The position numbers and the translations under genes are program-made. Of a stretch of 64,000 nt of DNA, positions 57,201 to 64,000 are shown one piece after another. Source of the stretch: Dimorphilus gyrociliatus (lineage: Eukaryota; Animalia; Annelida); the NCBI GenBank assembly GCA_904063045.1, contig CAJFCJ010000004.1, positions 1,605,713 to 1,669,712 of the forward strand, written 5' to 3'. Under the pieces are notes generated by a model. That model searched no databases and was not told the origin of the DNA. It saw nothing but the letters and a program-made list of their open reading frames with translations. Numbering within the stretch: the stretch's first letter is position 1; each line of letters opens with the position of its first letter.

Positions 57201-60200
57201 AATAACGGATGATGAACTTTTGTCAAATTGGCAGCAAGTCTTAGTTAAATGGAATCAAAATTTAAACCAAAAACCAAAACAAGTCACTGAATTGGTTAGG
57301 AAAGGCGTACCGGAAGCTTTACGTGGGGAAGTTTGGCAACGCCTCAGTAATTGCCATCTACATACAGAACTACTAGACGCATATCGCATACTAATTACAA
57401 AGGTATATTGATGTTATTTTATTTTAAAGTAGAACACAAAAAAGACACATCACATCGAAAAGTGACTATTTCTTTGAAATTCCCTTCATCCTTCTCCTTA
57501 GAAGTCTATCACGAGATTCGAATCGTGCAATTGTTCCGTAGATTTATTACTAGTCGCCAAATGGTTTCCTGTACCACTTTCTGGTCTTATTTTTTTCTTA
57601 CGGAAACATAATAAATTCGCCATCGCTAATCTAAGCTCTTGGTTACATATCAGAAATACAATAATATTAAACCAACTGTTGCTGTAGGACAGCAAATAGA
57701 AGCTGGATTCAAATACAAAGCTTAAACCTTTATCAGTCATAACAGTATAAAATAGACTGATCTGAATAGGAGAGTTACAAGTGACCAGTAGAATAATCAA
57801 AGCTAGAAACATTGCTATTTGTTTTCCATGAAGCCTTGGTTTCTCCGATGGGCTCTTTGCGTGGTATATTATCTGACAATAGCAATAGACAACTATGGCA
57901 ACAGGTACGAAGAATGATGAAAAAAATTCAAAAACGCTAAATATTTTATTTGTCGTTGAATATTCAGGATTTTGTGTACACGATATATATTTCTCTCCGT
58001 TTACAGTTTCAATTTCAACCTGGTCATTTGTAATTGCCGCTCTTATACTATATAATCCGCCAATCAACCACAGTAGAGATACGATTAACGCGCTTTTCCC
58101 AAGAGATAAATTTTCGTTTTTATCACTATTCTTGACAAACTGTAGATATCTAAGAATAGCTATAGCTACTATCGATAGAATCGAAGTTATAGAACTGCAA
58201 GATGCTGCAAAGTGGCATAATTTACACATTGTCGAGCTGAGATATCCCTCCGAAAACATGCCAGTTATTCTCGCGGGTACAACTAGTAAACCAACAGAAG
58301 CTCTGGCTGTTACCAAAGACAGTAGAAATAGATTTGAAGATACTCTTCGGAGTTTAGGATGTTTAATTATCGCAATAACGACGAGGAGATTAGATGTTAT
58401 AGTTAGAAAAATACATATTGAATACAAAGTTATGAATACTTTCTTCGCCACATCATTGCTGCCAAATTCCGCTTCAGTTTCGGGTTCAAATTCTCCTTTT
58501 GCCTCTCCTTCGGGGAATGGTTCATTTTCTGGTAGAGCCAGATTCGGTTGACTTGTTACTTTATTTTCACTCTTAAAACCGGAGACAAAAGGTGAAAATC
58601 GAAGAATAATAAGAGCCAAAAATATCTTTGTTTTCAACTTATCCCTGAAACGCATTATTGTATTTTATTCGATTAGTTTTTTTTATTCTGCTTTTTTCCA
58701 ATCTTTTGTATTTCGCAATTGACAATGAAAAAGCTTTCAAAATTACGCTCCTCTTATTTCAAGGCTTTCCAACAATACGATGAAGTTTTTTGTTTCTTTT
58801 TACCCTCTGAGTTGCTGTTGTTGTTGATGCTTATCGAATAAGCAACTAAGTGCTCGTCACATAGCAGCAGCTTCCATATAGACTAAAGCGTCATCTGAAT
58901 ATGCGCAGTAACAAAAAACAAGTCGCTTCTTTTTTTAATTTAATAATACTTGCTGTTGCATGAAGGGATTAGTTCTTTACATATTGTGATCGGAGAAGAC
59001 GCCTAAGAGAGTAGTGCTCCTATGTTTATAACATAGGCAAATTTTACATTATATTATTCTCTTCGTCATTTAAACCATGAAAAGTATACAATGAACACCG
59101 GAAGTCGAAACTCTAAATTGGAGAATATATATAAAAAGCGTATGAGAATAGAAAGTTTTTTAGTTTTTGGTTTTGCATATTGCTTATGCATAAAATATGA
59201 ATTATTGTTTTTTTTTTATAGAAGTATGAATATCCTTTTGATATTTTATTTATGTTAATTCCATTTGATAATCTTTGATTTTTACATTTCACTATTCTTT
59301 GATTAGTAAATTAAAGAGAAAGAGGAATAGCTTACCAAAACACGTTTAGAAGAACGTAAAGTAAAATATTAGATATACAAAAGTTAATTATCATTACAGA
59401 AGGAAAAGTATACCCCTCCTAGAGATACAATAGATATATAAGAGTATCAATGGTTTAATATAGCTATAATCTTTATAACAGATTGCATATCCTCATTTTT
59501 GATGTAAATAATAATTTCTTAACTAGACGTTCTTTGAATATTTAATAATGGGAGAGGAGAGGGTTGTTTGTTTTCTATAACCTATCAATTTATTGTTTAT
59601 CTTTTGACTTTAACAATACTCTTAAACAGTCTTAAAAGAGCACTGACGTTATGGTTAAATTTTACCATGATTATGGATTAATCTTTTTCTAATAAAGCGT
59701 TAGAATAAAAGGAGTTTTTGGATAGTTAATTCCTATCTCAAGTAAAGATATCTCGAATAGACTTTCATTATTAATCCACTTTATAAAAAGAATACATGAT
59801 GTATCTAGCTATTGTGCCTGAGGGATGAATAGACAGTGAATAGATAGGTTATATATTTAGGCGTATATTTACATGTGTATTTGAAGGGTAAATAGAAAGC
59901 AGAGTGATTGCACTTATGTTTTCTTTTTCATTTAGAAAGTACTTTTTATGTTTGAGTAATTTTTATGTTTTTCTTAAATGGAAAGTAATATTATCAAATC
60001 TAAAATGGGAAATATTTCCCTCTAATCATGAATATGTAACTATTCTTTCTAGGTATGAGTTCACAAGATATAGGTTAAGATCACTCATTCGTAAATAAAT
60101 TAATAAGATATAATCATTTCCATAATTAGATCCAAGATTCCTTTCGCCTTAAATTTTATGCTTTTAATCACATTTTAATAGAGACGTTCATTTCAGGATT

Positions 60201-61866
60201 CATCATGCGAGCAAGTCATCCTACGAGACATCAATCGGACATTTCCGGCTCACGATTTCTTCAAAGAAACGGGCGGTGTCGGACAAGATTCGCTATATAG
60301 GATTAGCAAAGCATATTCTGTATACGATGAAGAGATCGGTTACTGTCAAGGCTTGAGTTTTCTTTCCGCCGCTCTCCTTTTACATGTTAGTTTCATCTCT
60401 TTTGATCTTGATTTTACCTCAGAACAAATATTTAACAGATGCCCGAGGAACAAGCATTTTGCGTTCTTGTTCAGATGATGCGAAATTACGGTTTACGAGA
60501 TATTTATAAGGCCGGCTTCGAGGCTTTACATACAAAATTCTATCAGTTGGAACGTCTCGTACAGGATAAATTATCCGATTTATATAAGCACTTGAAGGAT
60601 TTGGGTATAGAAACCCATATGTATGCCTCGCAATGGTTCTTAACTCTATTCTCCGCTAAATTCCCATTGCATATGGTTTTCTACGTTATTGATCTTATTT
60701 TGTGTGACGTTTGTATAATTTTCACCTTTCCTTTTACTATAAGTTTACGTCTATTTACGGAATAAGGATAAAGAAAGAGAAATTTGTTTGAACAGGGTTT
60801 AAACATGGTGTTCAACATAGCTCTAGCACTACTCAAACATTCCCGAAAAGATTTGTTAGCGCTGGATTTCGAGGGCGTCCTCAAATATTTTCGAGTGAAT
60901 TTACCTAAGAACTTCCGAGTGGAAAAGAACGCTGAATCGCTAATGCATTTAGCCGTATCATCCAAAGTTAGCTCTCGAAAATTAAGGAAATACGAAGAAG
61001 AGTATCGAAGAATGAAAGAATTCGAAAGACAAACAGAAAACCCGATAGATAGATTAGAACGGGAAGTTCATCAATTGAATACTGAAATCTTTCGGTTAGA
61101 GAATGAAAATGATTTGTTGGCCCAAGAGTTGGTTACAAATAAGATCTCCTTAAGACGGGATTTAGACGACGTTCGTACTGTTTCTATTCTCTTTTTCTCT
61201 TTCACTTTCATTAATATCCTCTTTTTCTCTGACCACCCGCTGTCATTCAATCTCTATTAAACTATTTATTTTCTATTAAACTAATAGGCGGAAGGTCATT
61301 GCGAAGATTTGATGACACAAGTTGAAACCACTACTAAAAATTTATTCGAGGCAAGAGAAGAGAAGGAAAGATTAGCTTCGGAATTGAAACAATTGAAAGA
61401 AATGTTTCGCAAGGAAGCGGAAAAGTCATCATTGGAGCAAAAAAGGAACGCTGTTATAATAACTGAATATAAGCAGGTAGGCGGACGTTGTAAAATGAGT
61501 GTAAAGTTGGAATGCCATTGTTAACTTTGACAGATCATTTCGAACATGAGTAAGAAGCAAAATTCGTACGAGGAGGACATTAATAAATTACAGTCTCAAA
61601 TTTCCCGTTGCGAATCCTGTTCAAAAGTTGAAGCTTCCGAAGAGAATGACGAGAAACCAACAACCGGGACGAGAGAATTGGAATTAGAATTGGCCCAAAC
61701 TAAACTTGCTTTGGTCGAGTCTGAATGCCGAACGCAGGATTTAACGCATCAATTGAATAATGCACTTGCTGAATTGGAGGCCACCTCAAAGAATTCTTGG
61801 CTTCAAAAGACGTTGACGTCAATTAAAGACGTCACCGGACAACGTAAAGAAGAAAAGACTTCTTAA
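54281..61866 (+). CDS. RABGAP1: Rab GTPase-activating protein 1 (PTB, kinesin-associated, TBC, coiled coil)
   Basis: FNGVTYLG PTB, RCFGLLISPG, GVPEALRGEVWQ, RDINRTFPAH, YCQGLSF, MYASQWFLTLF, C-terminal ELELELAQTKLALVESEC. Confidence 0.96.
57498..58655 (-). CDS. Intronless rhodopsin-family GPCR nested antisense in a RABGAP1 intron
   Basis: 385-aa ORF with a hydrophobic leader and seven hydrophobic segments; TM1 SN, TM3 C..ILRY, TM4 W, TM5 FFVP..YCY, TM6 CNSP, TM7 NSWFNIIVF. Lies wholly within intron 57403-60196. Confidence 0.92.
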   Translation of the reverse strand: MRFRDKLKTKIFLALIILRFSPFVSGFKSENKVTSQPNLALPENEPFPEGEAKGEFEPETEAEFGSNDVAKKVFITLYSICIFLTITSNLLVVIAIIKHPKLRRVSSNLFLLSLVTARASVGLLVVPARITGMFSEGYLSSTMCKLCHFAASCSSITSILSIVAIAILRYLQFVKNSDKNENLSLGKSALIVSLLWLIGGLYSIRAAITNDQVEIETVNGEKYISCTQNPEYSTTNKIFSVFEFFSSFFVPVAIVVYCYCQIIYHAKSPSEKPRLHGKQIAMFLALIILLVTCNSPIQISLFYTVMTDKGLSFVFESSFYLLSYSNSWFNIIVFLICNQELRLAMANLLCFRKKKIRPESGTGNHLATSNKSTEQLHDSNLVIDF

Positions 61867-61959
61867 ACATAATGTTAAGAAATGAATAGATAAAATAGTC
61901 GGCTTAATTAAAAGATTTACATTTTCTTATTCTTGAACGAAAAAAATCTGTCAGTTGAA

Positions 61960-62810
61960 CATCTGCGTGCAAGCGTTTTTCCCACGACGACAATGTCAAT
62001 AGAAGAGAATTTTCTCGCCGTCCAAACGGTCGCGCAAGATTAAACTAACAAGTATTTATAGACGGCCTAATGACACGTTTCCCTACAAGCATGCCATCTG
62101 CCTTTCGCTCTCGTGCATAATTCATTCGCGAAATATGCAAATACTATCTTACTTAGGACCCAATGTCGCCAGGCAGATGGGTAATTAAGCATATATACAT
62201 GGTAAACTATAGCTGTCTAGGCGTAGTAAGAGTAAGACGACGGCAGCTGAAGAATGACGGTCGATTAATTGGAAAGTTTTCGGCCGCCCACTAATTTCCT
62301 CATGGCACGCGTCGAAAAGGGGAAAAGATCTATCGGTAATAAGGACTCTGTAAACAATGCAATGTGCTACAAGTCTCGGCAGGTGCAATTTCTACTCCTT
62401 ATATGTGTTATTTTGTTTGAGATATGAACAAAATATCGTTATTGACCATTTTATACGCGGTCAAAGTTGTCGGACAGGTGCGCGGTATATTTTTCGGAAA
62501 CTAATCGAAAGAGTATATTGGAAGAGTTTTCGGCGGATCCTTTAATCGTTCGTGAACATTGCCTTCTTTCAAGTATACGCACCTGGCACGCGTCTAATCG
62601 GCGTCCTTGGCGTTTTTCACGTGTAAACGATAGAAATGGAGGGTAAAAGAAAGGGAAAAAAAGGAAAGCCGTTTGATCCGTATCGGCCGTTATGATCGCC
62701 ACACGCGCCGGCCTTCCTCTTTTCCTTTTGAAGGCAGGAACTAACAAAAAAGCCGCGCAAGGCACCTCTATCAATCACGCGCACGTGATCGGGCCGGTGG
62801 GCGGAGCGTA
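61960..62810. promoter_or_regulatory. Motif-rich enhancer/promoter (Hes class-C sites, proneural E-boxes, CSL site, GC box)
   Basis: TGGCACGCGTC at 62303 and 62584, CACGCG 62702 and 62776, CACGTG 62618 and 62782, GCAGCTG 62243, GCAGGTG 62379, TTCCCACG 61979, GGGCGG near 62799. Confidence 0.5.
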
Positions 62811-63038
62811 GCAGTTAAGGGGGGCATCATTGCCAATTTTCCAATTCATTCGGCGCCGGAGGTTAGCGGCTACCACTTTGTTCAAGCGGACGAACGACGT
62901 TCACACTCCATACGTAACTCCTATCGCCGTCAAACCATAATTGGCAGGAATTCAACAATCCTTATTTACGACATGCCAACCGTCTTGTTTACTTAAGTCG
63001 TCCTTATCGAAAGAGACTTGCATCGACTCGTCATTGAC

Positions 63039-63096
63039 ATGGATCACGATCGACTAGTTAACAAATTAATGGAAATATGCGACGATTACGAGGAAG
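63039..63096 (+). CDS. Putative first coding exon of an unidentified downstream gene
   Basis: ATG, MDHDRLVNKLMEICDDYEE, phase-1 donor GTTAGT, just downstream of a GC-rich promoter. Rest of the gene is not in the window. Confidence 0.35.
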
Positions 63097-64000
63097 GTTA
63101 GTGACATATTTGATTTTTTTTTATAAAAAAGGGATCGTACCCTATCCATTGTCACCATCGACACGTTTTGGATTGTGGAAGATAAAAAAAAGAGGGAGAA
63201 CGAGACAGCTGGCAACGAGAAATTTTTTCACCAATCTCGGCGGGAGGTTGAGAAAGGAATGTGACACGACTTTTACGCATATACCCCCAAAACACTGCTT
63301 AGGACCCGACTCAACGCAAAAATTTCCACTTTACAGTGTCATGGCGAACTGACACCAATTCAAAAAACGCAAGAACGAGTTTGAACGCGAGGATTAGCGT
63401 TTTAACATTTAATAAATAGTAGTACCGAGTTAATCTCTTCTTTTTAACAAGTTCCGACAGTTGGTCGTAGAGATAGTTCTTATTGATAAACCCCCCTAAG
63501 GCACCTGCCCTATTTACTTTTCGTAGAATGGAATAACAAAGTTGGGTATATAGACATATATAGTACATAAAATCGCCCACTATATAGATAATAACGTATA
63601 TACTATATGCCAAATAGCCCTTTTATTTCGTTTATAAAGGGTTTATTGTTTGAAAATATGATTTTTAGACTGAATAGAAAGAAAACATATCAGTATTTAG
63701 TATAAAATGCATATAGATAGATATATAGTATCTATATAAGTATGTGAAGCATTTTTTTAAGTATATTTATAGAAAAGAAATAGGATTAAGATGTTGAGAA
63801 ATATTTTCAAGAGAAAGTAAACCCTTTGGGCGGAGTAGGAAATTCGTCTCGATTCTCAGACAGATACGCCTCTAAGTTTGTATATTTGTACAAGGAGTTA
63901 GATTAGTCCACTCGTTCGCTAAACATCTGTTCAGAAATCGTGACGTTTGAATGGCGTCGAGTTGTATGAGAACATTAGGAGGTCGTGCGAAAGGAGTATA

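Noticed and set aside
57895-58551. 218-aa plus-strand ORF inside the RABGAP1 intron
   Set aside because: Antisense shadow of the GPCR ORF, with no domain features of its own.

Overview
AT-rich, very gene-dense animal (eukaryotic) genomic DNA, with mostly 50-70 nt GT-AG introns and intergenic gaps often under 300 bp. The architecture and a divergent TALE homeobox suggest a compact-genome spiralian such as a miniature annelid like Dimorphilus; this is inference, not proven. Genes in order: a GBP/atlastin-family GTPase with a predicted signal peptide (+), Notch with 33 EGF repeats (+), carnitine acetyltransferase (-), FDX2 (-), CACYBP (+), an intronless DUF6314-like gene (+), XRCC3 (+), MARK/Par-1 with a mutually exclusive exon pair (+), PAXX (-), TJAP1/BEGAIN-like (+), LRRC73 (-), a divergent TALE homeobox gene (+), DAB2IP/SynGAP-family RasGAP with several alternative N-termini (+), a clade B fibrillar collagen (+), a RING-H2 E3 ligase (-), and RABGAP1 (+) with an atypical intronless rhodopsin-type GPCR nested antisense in its largest intron. 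The window ends in a motif-rich regulatory region and the first exon of an unidentified gene. Most notable: (1) the nested GPCR appears to occupy the intron position that hosts GPR21/GPR52 in vertebrate RABGAP1/RABGAP1L; (2) many genes have human homologues in the MHC paralogon (1/6/9/19), with a 14q32/6p21.1-type block interleaved; (3) five CSL/Su(H) sites lie in the Notch promoter and introns; (4) the DUF6314 gene is a candidate horizontal transfer. Gene models were assembled by eye from splice consensus and protein similarity recalled from memory; no database searches were run. No tRNA, rRNA, CRISPR or recognisable transposon was seen.
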